Assembly (NCBI GenBank): GCA_013306035.1
Contig: JABUBF010000008.1
Location: forward strand, 44,457 to 60,901
Length of the DNA stretch: 16,445 nt
Reading direction: 5' to 3'
Source: Nitrososphaerota archaeon
GTDB taxonomy: Archaea; Thermoproteota; Nitrososphaeria; Nitrososphaerales; UBA57
The translations under genes were made by a program, and so were the position numbers. This document shows, one piece after another, positions 1-7,922 of the stretch. Within the stretch, counting starts at the first letter, position 1. Every line of letters begins with the position of its first letter. The notes below the pieces were generated by a model. That model did no database searches. It was not told the DNA's origin and saw nothing but the letters and a program-made list of their open reading frames with translations.

Positions 1-491
1 GAAGCACCTTCTTCAATTCTACGCAGTGCCTGACCAAGATTCTTAGCTCCATCAACAAACGGAGTAGTGAAATCCCATTTCCATATATGAGAAGATTCGT
101 CGGCAGGAGTTAAAACTTCAGATTCATCAATCATATCAACGCCTGAATTTTCTAATACCATTGCTTCAGAAATATGACCAATCCGACATTTTGCCATTAC
201 AGGAATAGATACATTATTAACAACATCTTGGATTATCTTCATGCCAGCAGTACGAGCAACTCCACCTGATTGTCTTACTTCAATAGGTAATTTATCAAGA
301 ACCATAACTGCTACAGAGCCAGCCTCTTCTGCAATTTGAGCTTGATTGACGTCAGTAACATCCATAATAACTCCATGTTTAAGCATATGAGCAAAACCTC
401 GTTTTAGTAATATAGTACCTGTTTTAGAATCAATATTGCTAGAGATTTGTCTGGAGAGTAAGGGGTTTTGATGTCCGATTAATGAAATCAT
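1..491 (-). CDS. pdxS: Pyridoxal 5'-phosphate synthase lyase subunit PdxS (Pdx1/SNZ family). N-terminal part only; the C-terminus lies beyond the left edge of the window.
   Basis: My own reverse-strand translation from the ATG (rc of 489-491) reads [164 protein letters not shown]. It contains the conserved PdxS blocks ([40 protein letters not shown]). It is absent from the ORF track because it runs off the window. Confidence 0.9.
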   Translation of the reverse strand, partial: MISLIGHQNPLLSRQISSNIDSKTGTILLKRGFAHMLKHGVIMDVTDVNQAQIAEEAGSVAVMVLDKLPIEVRQSGGVARTAGMKIIQDVVNNVSIPVMAKCRIGHISEAMVLENSGVDMIDESEVLTPADESSHIWKWDFTTPFVDGAKNLGQALRRIEEGA

Positions 492-596
492 GTTATTCAA
501 TATTTATTATATATAGATAAGTAAAAAGTTTTTTTATTCTAGAAGTGAATGACTAACTAAATCACGAGTGTATTAATTTAAGTATCAGCAACAGGG

Positions 597-1691
597 TTAG
601 AATTTTTCAGTTTTTTCCCATGGTACATTCTTATCGCCAAAATGTCCATATACACAATTTTTTGAATATTCAGTAAAATTGAAAAGATCAAACTTTCGAA
701 TTATGCCAAAAGGTGTAAGATCTTGTGAATCACGGATTAAAGAGGCAATCGATTGATTATCTCCATTAGAATCAACATAGAGAGAAGTGGGCTCTTTAAC
801 ACCAATTGCATAACTTAATTGGATGCTACACCAATCTGCAAGCTTGTTAAGAACGACATTCTTTGCAAGCCACCGAGCCATATACGCGGCGGATCGATCG
901 ACCTTGCTAGGGTCTTTACCTGAGAATGCACCACCGCCGTGCGGGGCATATCCTCCATATGTATCTACAATAATTTTTCGTCCAGTTATTCCAGAATCTC
1001 CTTCGGGTCCACCTATAACAAAGTTTCCTGTTGGATTAATGAAAAATTCAGTATTATTATTAATAAGTTCCCCACAAGCTTCATGAATTGCAGTTTCAGC
1101 TAGTTCTCTGGCAGAATTATTTTCATTAACAGAATGTTGAGTTGAGACTACTACCTTGTCAATGAATTTAGGAATATTATTTTCATAAACTATGCTCACT
1201 TGGCTTTTTGAATCAGGGCCCAATATATCAAGATTTTTATCTCTAATAGATCGTAAATGTTTCAGAATTTCATGTGAATAATGTATAGGTGCAGGAAGAA
1301 GAGAGGGAGTTTCTTTACATGCATAACCAAACATCAAACCTTGATCGCTTGCACCAAAGTCATCTGTGCCTAATGCGATATCAGCAGATTGATTGTGTAA
1401 ACGATTATCAATGTTCAGATGTTTCCAGTGAAAGCCATCTTGTTCATAACCAATTTCGCGAACTTTATTACGAATAATAGATTCAACTTCTTCAGAAGTA
1501 GGAAGAAAGTTTTTAGTCTCTCCAAATACTAATACATAATTAGTAGTATTAGCAATTTCAATACCACATCGAGTAGTTTCATCACCGGCAGAAAGAGCAG
1601 CGTCAACTAGTGCGTCACTAATTTGATCGGCAACTTTATCTGGATGTCCAGAAGACACTGATTCAGAAGTAAAAGTAAAGTCATTAGTCAT
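597..1691 (-). CDS. metK: S-adenosylmethionine synthetase (methionine adenosyltransferase), bacterial/eukaryal MetK type.
   Basis: ORF-track protein contains SGHPDKVADQISDA, GASDQGLMFGYA and GGGAFSGKDPSKVDRSAAYMARW, the classic MetK signatures. The track ORF starts at a TTG (1718). The in-frame ATG at 1689-1691 (MTNDFTFTSESV...) gives the usual MetK N-terminus, so I place the start there. Confidence 0.9.
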   Translation of the reverse strand: MTNDFTFTSESVSSGHPDKVADQISDALVDAALSAGDETTRCGIEIANTTNYVLVFGETKNFLPTSEEVESIIRNKVREIGYEQDGFHWKHLNIDNRLHNQSADIALGTDDFGASDQGLMFGYACKETPSLLPAPIHYSHEILKHLRSIRDKNLDILGPDSKSQVSIVYENNIPKFIDKVVVSTQHSVNENNSARELAETAIHEACGELINNNTEFFINPTGNFVIGGPEGDSGITGRKIIVDTYGGYAPHGGGAFSGKDPSKVDRSAAYMARWLAKNVVLNKLADWCSIQLSYAIGVKEPTSLYVDSNGDNQSIASLIRDSQDLTPFGIIRKFDLFNFTEYSKNCVYGHFGDKNVPWEKTEKF

Positions 1692-1780
1692 TTTGAAATT
1701 ACCGAAGTTTATCAACAATCCATGTATTGAAAAGGATTAATAATTGAATACAAGGAATTGCAGGTAGAATTCAATAAATG

Positions 1781-2050
1781 TCACATCAAGATATCAGGTT
1801 TAATATTAATAAATAAAACATTATTTCCACGTATAACAACTTTGCCATAATTTGCAGATAATGTTCCATCTGCATATTCTTCTGCGTCGTTAAGAATAAC
1901 ATTCATGTAAGCATCTACATTTGTCATTTTTCCTCGATATTCAATATCATTTTTCAGTCTGATCATAACGTTCTTGTTAATAGACCTTTGTAACTTATTG
2001 AGAGGTTTTATGATTTTCAGATCAAAGTTGTCATTAAAGTTGTTACTCAT
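1781..2050 (-). CDS. Sm-like (LSm / SmAP) RNA-binding protein.
   Basis: 89 aa. Sm1-like block VMIRLKNDIEYRGKMTNVDAYMNVILNDAEE and Sm2-like block GKVVIRGNNVLFI. ATG start, with a T/A-rich box about 27 nt upstream. Confidence 0.85.
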   Translation of the reverse strand: MSNNFNDNFDLKIIKPLNKLQRSINKNVMIRLKNDIEYRGKMTNVDAYMNVILNDAEEYADGTLSANYGKVVIRGNNVLFINIKPDILM

Positions 2051-2070
2051 CTAAGAAAAAAAGGCGTAAA

Positions 2071-2102
2071 CAAAAATAAAAAGCTTGGTATTGTATAAAA
2101 AA
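2071..2102. promoter_or_regulatory. Divergent promoter region with two TATA-like boxes, one for the LSm gene (minus) and one for the RadB-like gene (plus).
   Basis: The minus-strand reading of 2071-2083 is CTTTTTATTTTTG, centred about 27 nt upstream of the LSm ATG (2050). TATAAAAAA at 2094-2102 is centred about 27 nt upstream of the ATG at 2125. This spacing fits archaeal TATA-to-TSS distance for leaderless mRNAs. Confidence 0.4.
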
Positions 2103-2124
2103 GGTATATTTAAGGAAGATTCAG

Positions 2125-2916
2125 ATGAATAGCAATTTTACCAATATAGATGAATTCAGCAGATTTGATAATTTCATAACAGGGACAAATAAGAATGACA
2201 TGGAAAGGATATTTGGCGGATTCGATTTATTAGATGAAGATAGACATAGAAGAATAACAAAGCATGAAACTGGTGTAAGGGAACTTGATTTAGTCACATA
2301 TGGTTTTCCAACTGGAACAATTACAGATTTATTTGGGCCAAATTCGTCAGGGAAATCACAAATTTTATTCCAGATTGCGGTAAATACATCAATTAAGAAA
2401 CAAAAAATTCTTTTCATTGACTCGTCTGGAAACTTCCGTCCTGAGAGAATTGTTCAATTAAGCCATGCAAAGAAACAAGAATCAAAAAATATCTTAGACA
2501 ATATCTATACAAGTAGATGTAATTCTTTAGATAGTCAATTAGAAACAATTTCAAAGATTGAACAATTTATTAAAAATAATAATATCACATGTGTAATGAT
2601 AGATGACATAACAAGAAATTTTACTGAACATCAATTTGAATTAAAGAACGAAATGATGGACATATTAATAGAATATGTAAGAGAATTATCTAATTTAGCA
2701 TGGAATAAGAATATTGCAATAATAACAACAAACACAGTACGGGCAAGAATAGATGATTCAAATATGAAAGAAAGAGAAACATATGATTTCTTAATAAATA
2801 GATTAATACATCTAAAAGTGAGTTTAAAAAGAATGAATAACTTATGGTTAGCAAGAAATAACGATGGAAACCAATGTATTTTTAATATTTCTGAAGACGG
2901 AATAGGTAGAGTGTAA
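2125..2916 (+). CDS. RecA/RadA-superfamily ATPase, RadB-like RadA paralogue with a roughly 45-aa N-terminal extension.
   Basis: 263 aa. ETGVRELDLVTYGFPTGTITDLFGPNSSGKSQILFQIAV matches the RadA/RadB pattern (G-x-x-LD ... G-x-x-T-x-x-x-G-x-x-x-x-GKS/T, Walker A at residues 71-78). A hydrophobic-D Walker B candidate is ITCVMIDDI. There is no N-terminal HhH domain as in bona fide RadA. Confidence 0.75.
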   Translation: MNSNFTNIDEFSRFDNFITGTNKNDMERIFGGFDLLDEDRHRRITKHETGVRELDLVTYGFPTGTITDLFGPNSSGKSQILFQIAVNTSIKKQKILFIDSSGNFRPERIVQLSHAKKQESKNILDNIYTSRCNSLDSQLETISKIEQFIKNNNITCVMIDDITRNFTEHQFELKNEMMDILIEYVRELSNLAWNKNIAIITTNTVRARIDDSNMKERETYDFLINRLIHLKVSLKRMNNLWLARNNDGNQCIFNISEDGIGRV

Positions 2917-3296
2917 TGACAAAAGAAGCGATTAATGAATGTGTAGAAAAAATAATTGCAAAGGATTTTACTAAGGCAAAAGTAATAATAGCTGAACATC
3001 TGAAAAATTCTCCGAATAATAAAATTATTGGATCAGTTTTTGCTCTTGAAGGAATTATAGCAAAATATTCGCCCAAAAATGTGGACATGAATGATTCAAT
3101 AGACGATTTTAAGATGATGAAAAAAAGTATTAATTCTAAGTTATCTTCGGTTTGGATTGATGATTTTGAGAAAGGCTATTTTTCAGTATGGAAAGTATTT
3201 ACAAAAAATGCAATAGAAAAATTAGATAAAGAAGGTATTGTAGATAATCCAGCTGAAAAGGAACAAGCCAATGAAGCTTCCCACACCAGTATATGA
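2916..3296 (+). CDS. Hypothetical small, predicted helical protein, start-stop coupled to the RadB-like gene.
   Basis: 126-aa ORF whose ATG (2916-2918) overlaps the upstream TAA (2914-2916) as TAATG. I recognise no family motif. The last 75 nt overlap the convergent membrane-protein ORF. Confidence 0.5.
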   Translation: MTKEAINECVEKIIAKDFTKAKVIIAEHLKNSPNNKIIGSVFALEGIIAKYSPKNVDMNDSIDDFKMMKKSINSKLSSVWIDDFEKGYFSVWKVFTKNAIEKLDKEGIVDNPAEKEQANEASHTSI

Positions 3297-3539
3297 TAGC
3301 TTAAGACGTTCATCTTCTTTAATCTTTGAATAATACATCTGACGTACAAGTGCCAAAGTAAAAAGATACATTGATATTCCAAATAATATGCCTAAATTAG
3401 CATTGGGATTATTAGATGTGAAACCTAGTAAACCAGCAGAGAAACCAGAAATTATGCCGAAAGCGACTCTTATCCAAAAGATGGTATTAAATATAAATTT
3501 AGAGTCAGACACGGTTAACAATTTAATATAAAAATACAA
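3222..3539 (-). CDS. Small integral membrane protein with about 3 predicted TM helices. Start codon uncertain.
   Basis: 105-aa ORF with hydrophobic stretches IFWIRVAFGIISGFSAGLLGF, LGILFGISMYLFTLALV and VGSFIGLFLFSWIIYNTFF. There is no N-terminal ATG. Candidate starts are TTG (3539 or 3521) or GTG (3512). Confidence 0.5.
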   Translation of the reverse strand: MYFYIKLLTVSDSKFIFNTIFWIRVAFGIISGFSAGLLGFTSNNPNANLGILFGISMYLFTLALVRQMYYSKIKEDERLKLSYTGVGSFIGLFLFSWIIYNTFFI

Positions 3540-3581
3540 GAAGATATAAAACTATATGAATAATGTTATTTGGGATTTAAA

Positions 3582-5477
3582 ATGGAATTATCGTCTATTG
3601 AAATATTCAAGATAATTTCAGCATTGAATAAAGAAATAGAATCAGACAGCATTTATTTGAATAATATCTACCAAGTGATGAATGATTCGTATTTATTCAA
3701 GTTACATCAAGTAGGTAAACCAAAGAAATACGTAATGGTAAATCCAAAAATTGGAATATGGGCTTCAAAATACGACATAGATAAAGATGAATCTATTGGA
3801 TATGTGACCGCATTAAGAAAGAATTTGCTAAGAGCAAAATTAATCAAGTTTGAACAACCTCCAGGAGAAAGAATATGCATCATTCACTTTGAAACTAAAA
3901 AAGGACTGAGAAAGATAATTTGTGAATTTTTTAGAGGAGGAAATATCATAGTTATAGATGAAAATAATAAGATTTTATCGTGTTTAAAGAAATTAAAAGT
4001 GCGGCATAGAGAAATATTTCCTGGCAGCATATATAAATTTCCGCCATTAAAAGCAACCAGCATAGAGAACTTTCAAAAAGATGATTTAAAAAATATCAAT
4101 GAAACAGAATTAGAAATAGCAAAATGGATTGGAAGAAATTATTCAATATCAAAAAAGTATATTGAAGAAATACTTAAAAAAATAGAAATAGAAAAAGAGA
4201 GAAAATGTAATACTTTATCAGACGAAGAAATAGAGAATCTAGAAACAGAGATAATAGGATTAATTAAAATAATGAAATCCGATGATATGAGTGTATGGAT
4301 TGCAAGAGATGGAGAAATAATCGATGATATTTCTTTGATGAATTTGGGTATTAGTAAAGAAAAGACATATCATAAATCAGAATCGCTAATGAGTGAACTA
4401 GATAATTATATTACATTGAATTTGTCAAGAGTTCAAACTACCAACAAACAGAAACCATTAAAAAATAAGATAATCGAGTTAGAGAAATCAATCAAATTGC
4501 AAGAGGAAGCCTATAATAATAATAAGAATAAAGCTATAGAATTAAGAAATATAGCAACAGAATTGAGTAAAGCAAACAGCTATATAGAAATATTAAAAGG
4601 GAAAAACATCGAAATAATAAAATATAGAAATAACGTTATTAAAATCCCATTCATTGATTCGGAAAAAGAGTTAGAAGAGAATATTGCACCTATAAAATTA
4701 TCATCTTTATGTTTTGATTATGCGAAAAAGATGGAAAAGAAAATAAAAGCAATTGAGATTGCGTCAAATAAACTAAAAGGGGATTTAGAAAAGATTAGAA
4801 ACAAGATAAATGAACGTGAAGAGATGAAGTCCACAATAAAAGTAAAAGAAGAGATGTTATGGTTTGAGAAATTTAGATGGTTCATATCGCCAGAGGGAAT
4901 ATTAGTAATAGGTGGAAGAGATGCACAGTCAAATGTGAATATAATAAAGAAATATGCAAAACAAAATGATTTAGTTTTTCATTCAGACATAGTGGGATCG
5001 CCTTTTTTTATAATAAAAGATGGAATAAGTGAAATTTCAATTGCTGAAATTGCAACAGCTACTGCATCATTTAGCAGAGCATGGAAAACACAAACTTCAG
5101 TAAATGTATATTATGTAAAATATGAACAAGTAAAGAAAGGCGCGCCAAGTGGTATGTCCATGTCAAAAGGAAGTTTTATGATTGAAGGTAAAAAGAACAT
5201 ATTGAAAAATGTAAAACTGGAACTTGCGGTAGGAGCAGTAAAATATCAAGACAAATATACAATAATGAGTGGTCCTGTAGAAGCATTAACGAGAGAATCT
5301 TTAGCATGGGTAAGAATACAACCAGGTAAAGGAAAATCTTCAGATATTGCAAAATCGATTAAGAACAAACTTATTTCAAAATTAAATAATGATATATCCG
5401 AAATATACAAAGGAAAATCAATTGATGAATATTTACGAGTGCTACCGCCTGGAGGATCAGAAATACTAGATAAGTAG
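3582..5477 (+). CDS. NFACT-family protein (archaeal homologue of Rqc2/NEMF/RqcH, also called FbpA-like): NFACT-N, a long coiled coil, and NFACT-R (DUF814).
   Basis: About 631 aa from the ATG at 3582 (the track begins at a TTG at 3570). N-terminal block LIKFEQPPGERICIIHF resembles the RqcH/Rqc2 IEQ-x-x-x-DRI-x-x-x-h segment. The middle is Lys/Glu-rich and heptad-like. C-terminal WFISPEGILVIGGRDAQSNVNIIKKYAKQNDLVFHSDIVGSPFFIIKDG is a typical NFACT-R/DUF814 core. Confidence 0.85.
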   Translation: MELSSIEIFKIISALNKEIESDSIYLNNIYQVMNDSYLFKLHQVGKPKKYVMVNPKIGIWASKYDIDKDESIGYVTALRKNLLRAKLIKFEQPPGERICIIHFETKKGLRKIICEFFRGGNIIVIDENNKILSCLKKLKVRHREIFPGSIYKFPPLKATSIENFQKDDLKNINETELEIAKWIGRNYSISKKYIEEILKKIEIEKERKCNTLSDEEIENLETEIIGLIKIMKSDDMSVWIARDGEIIDDISLMNLGISKEKTYHKSESLMSELDNYITLNLSRVQTTNKQKPLKNKIIELEKSIKLQEEAYNNNKNKAIELRNIATELSKANSYIEILKGKNIEIIKYRNNVIKIPFIDSEKELEENIAPIKLSSLCFDYAKKMEKKIKAIEIASNKLKGDLEKIRNKINEREEMKSTIKVKEEMLWFEKFRWFISPEGILVIGGRDAQSNVNIIKKYAKQNDLVFHSDIVGSPFFIIKDGISEISIAEIATATASFSRAWKTQTSVNVYYVKYEQVKKGAPSGMSMSKGSFMIEGKKNILKNVKLELAVGAVKYQDKYTIMSGPVEALTRESLAWVRIQPGKGKSSDIAKSIKNKLISKLNNDISEIYKGKSIDEYLRVLPPGGSEILDK

Positions 5478-5489
5478 GAATGAATTGAA

Positions 5490-6755
5490 ATGAATCTAAA
5501 TATAATAAATGGAAGAGTGTGGATAAACAGTAATCTAGAAGATATTATAATATCAATTAAAGATGGAAAAATATCAAAACTGGCAAATCAGGACAACATT
5601 CCTGAAGCGGATGTTTCGATAGATGTAGAGAACAACATTGTATTTCCTGGATGCGTAGATGTGCATTCGCATTTAAGAGATTCAGAATTTTCATATAAAG
5701 AAGATTTTATTTCAGGAACGCAGGCAGCAGTGGCAGGAGGATTTACAACTGTATTAGATATGCCGAATACAGATCCACCCATAATTAACGTAAAAGAATT
5801 AAAAAAACGACAAAATAATGCGAAAAATAGAATTTTTTGTAATGTTGGATTCTATAGTTCGCCTATCAAATCTGAGGATGTAAATCAATTAAGATTATCA
5901 AATGCAATTGCATTCAAGATATATTTACATAAACCATTCGAGGAACAGGATTTATCAGATGTAAATTTGATTAGAATTATGAATAGAATAAGTGAATGTG
6001 ATTCAATATTAGCAGTGCATGCAGAAGATCGCCAACTATTTGATCAAAATAACAACCATACAACCGAATCAGAAGTTCATGCCATAAATAGAATTATAAA
6101 ACTAGCAAAACAGACAGATTGTAAGATACATTTTGTACATGTTTCAACAAAAGAAGGTATTGAAGCGATTAAGAATAACAAGTCGATTGTAGACATATCA
6201 TGTGAAGCAACGCCACATCATATGATTTTGAATACAGAAAAAATAAATAGTGAAAAACATTACTGTGAGCCTCCTTTAAGGGATAAAGAAAATCAGGAAG
6301 CAATATTTAACAGCGTAGTGGATGGGGAAATTGATATTATAGGAACTGATCATGCTCCACATTCATTAAGAGATAAAGATGAAGGAAAACCAGGTTTTCC
6401 AGGTCTAGAAATAACTCTGCCCTTGATGATTGATTTGTATATGAAAAATAAGATTACGCTACAGAGAATATATGAAATATTGGTAGATAATCCAATCAAA
6501 AGATTTGGATTAAGAAATATTGGTCAGATTAAAGAGGGGTATAATGCAGATTTGATAGTGATTAATGAGAATAAGATGAATACAATAAATGTTAATAATT
6601 TTTTGTCTAAAGCAAAGAATTCACCATTCGATGGCAATCAGATTTTAGGAGTAGTTACAAAGACAATAATTAATGGTCAAGTAGTATTTGATGGAAAAAA
6701 GATAATAGCTAGTCCTGGAACTGGCAGAGTGTTAGAAAAAGAAGTCGACTTTTGA
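5490..6755 (+). CDS. pyrC: Dihydroorotase (cyclic amidohydrolase superfamily).
   Basis: 421 aa. Metal-binding VDVHSHLRD (HxH), AFKIYL (candidate carboxylated Lys), AVHAED, HFVHVST and GTDHAPH motifs. Other cyclic amidohydrolases (allantoinase, dihydropyrimidinase) cannot be fully excluded by eye. Confidence 0.8.
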   Translation: MNLNIINGRVWINSNLEDIIISIKDGKISKLANQDNIPEADVSIDVENNIVFPGCVDVHSHLRDSEFSYKEDFISGTQAAVAGGFTTVLDMPNTDPPIINVKELKKRQNNAKNRIFCNVGFYSSPIKSEDVNQLRLSNAIAFKIYLHKPFEEQDLSDVNLIRIMNRISECDSILAVHAEDRQLFDQNNNHTTESEVHAINRIIKLAKQTDCKIHFVHVSTKEGIEAIKNNKSIVDISCEATPHHMILNTEKINSEKHYCEPPLRDKENQEAIFNSVVDGEIDIIGTDHAPHSLRDKDEGKPGFPGLEITLPLMIDLYMKNKITLQRIYEILVDNPIKRFGLRNIGQIKEGYNADLIVINENKMNTINVNNFLSKAKNSPFDGNQILGVVTKTIINGQVVFDGKKIIASPGTGRVLEKEVDF

Positions 6756-6773
6756 TAATCTTGGGATGATAAC

Positions 6774-7922
6774 GTGTTGAAAAAGAAAGTATATTTTCCT
6801 ATATATGGATCAGGAGTAGGACATGCAAATAGAACATCATTAATTGCAAGTTCATTGAATAAAGACTTTACATATACATTCAGTTCATTCAAAGATGGTT
6901 ATGAATTTTTAGTGGCAAATAAATTTCAATGTAAAAAAATTCATCCATTAGATATATCTTGGAAAGACAATGGAACAGTATCAACGACAAGAACAATAAT
7001 TAGACTTCCAATATTAGCAGGAACTTTTTTATATCATCTAGAAGAAGAATTGCGATTCTTGAAAAAATATAAACCAGATATAGTATTTAGTGATTCAAGA
7101 CTATCTCCGGTTTTGTGTGCGAATAAGCTGGGAATACCATCAATTGTAATTCTTAATCAGATCAAATTATTAGTAGAAATCAGGAATACACGTAAAAGAA
7201 GATTAGAGAAAATCAATGGACAGTTATTAGCCCATTTCTGGAATTATGCAGACGAGATATTTATTCCAGATTTACCGCCTCCTTATACAATATGTAAGGA
7301 GAATATAGAAGGAATAGACTCAATAAAAACTAAATTAAGATATATTGGATTTCTAGCCAAAGAATTAGATGAAAAAAGAAAGAAATCAATAATTAATGAG
7401 TTGAAGATAGATGGAAAAAAGAGTACAATATACGTACAAGTAAGTGGACCAAAACAATCAAGATTAAGTGCATATAATAGAATTATTGAACAGATTAAAT
7501 CAATAAAAGACGAGTATAATATTATAATTTCCAAAGGCGATCCAAATGGAGAACCTATACCAAAAAAGAAAGAGTATTGGACTGAATTTGAATGGTGTCC
7601 TTGGAGAGAGATGTTCGATATATCTGACTGTGTAATAATACGAGGAGGTCATTCGAGTATAGGGAATGCAGTATCTTTAGGAAAACCATCAATAATAATA
7701 CCAATAAAAGGACAAAGCGAACAGATACAAAATGCAAGGAGAATTGATGAACTAAATTTAGGAATACATATGGAAGAAGACGATTATTCATTAGTTGAGA
7801 ATGTTAAATCAGTATTAAACGATGGTAAATTTTTAAAGGCTACAAATAATTTTAGAAAACTAACTTCTAGATACAATGGAATAGAGATTTGTAAAGAGAA
7901 GATTCAAGAATATATAAAATAA
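6774..7922 (+). CDS. GT-B fold glycosyltransferase (GT1/GT28-like, MJ1255-type).
   Basis: 382 aa. N-terminal YGSGVGHANR glycine loop and C-terminal IIRGGHSSIGNAVSLGKPSIIIPIKGQSEQIQNA resemble the MurG/UDP-glycosyltransferase donor-binding region. GTG (6774) or TTG (6777) start, preceded by GGGATGAT. Confidence 0.7.
   Translation: MLKKKVYFPIYGSGVGHANRTSLIASSLNKDFTYTFSSFKDGYEFLVANKFQCKKIHPLDISWKDNGTVSTTRTIIRLPILAGTFLYHLEEELRFLKKYKPDIVFSDSRLSPVLCANKLGIPSIVILNQIKLLVEIRNTRKRRLEKINGQLLAHFWNYADEIFIPDLPPPYTICKENIEGIDSIKTKLRYIGFLAKELDEKRKKSIINELKIDGKKSTIYVQVSGPKQSRLSAYNRIIEQIKSIKDEYNIIISKGDPNGEPIPKKKEYWTEFEWCPWREMFDISDCVIIRGGHSSIGNAVSLGKPSIIIPIKGQSEQIQNARRIDELNLGIHMEEDDYSLVENVKSVLNDGKFLKATNNFRKLTSRYNGIEICKEKIQEYIK

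Noticed and set aside
492-596. The longest intergenic spacer (about 105 nt) as a possible small RNA such as a C/D-box sRNA, or a tRNA fragment.
   Set aside because: There are no canonical C (RUGAUGA) and D (CUGA) box pairs with proper spacing on either strand. There is no GC-rich stem structure. The content looks like the pdxS promoter (TATATATA-rich) plus the metK 3' region.
823-1477. Plus-strand ORFs 823-1086 and 1289-1477, antisense to metK.
   Set aside because: They lie entirely inside the strongly supported metK CDS. Their translations are low-complexity or Pro/Ser-rich with no family motifs. These are typical shadow ORFs.
1692-1718. N-terminal extension of metK from the TTG at 1718 (MLINFGNFK...).
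   Set aside because: The ATG at 1689-1691 gives the canonical MetK N-terminus just before the GHPDK motif. The nine extra residues depend on a TTG start and match nothing conserved.
1717-1771. Short inverted repeats AATCC...GGATT (1717-1738) and GAATT...AATTC (1755-1771) upstream of metK.
   Set aside because: The stems are only 5 bp, A/T-rich, and have large loops. That is expected by chance in this composition and is not enough to call a riboswitch or operator.
2121-3382. Minus-strand ORFs 2121-2417, 2631-2999, 2882-3088 and 3176-3382.
   Set aside because: They are antisense to the RadB-like and hypothetical plus-strand genes. Their Phe/Ile/Leu/Asn-rich translations are what the reverse frames of AT-rich coding DNA produce. 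They have no promoter or SD context.
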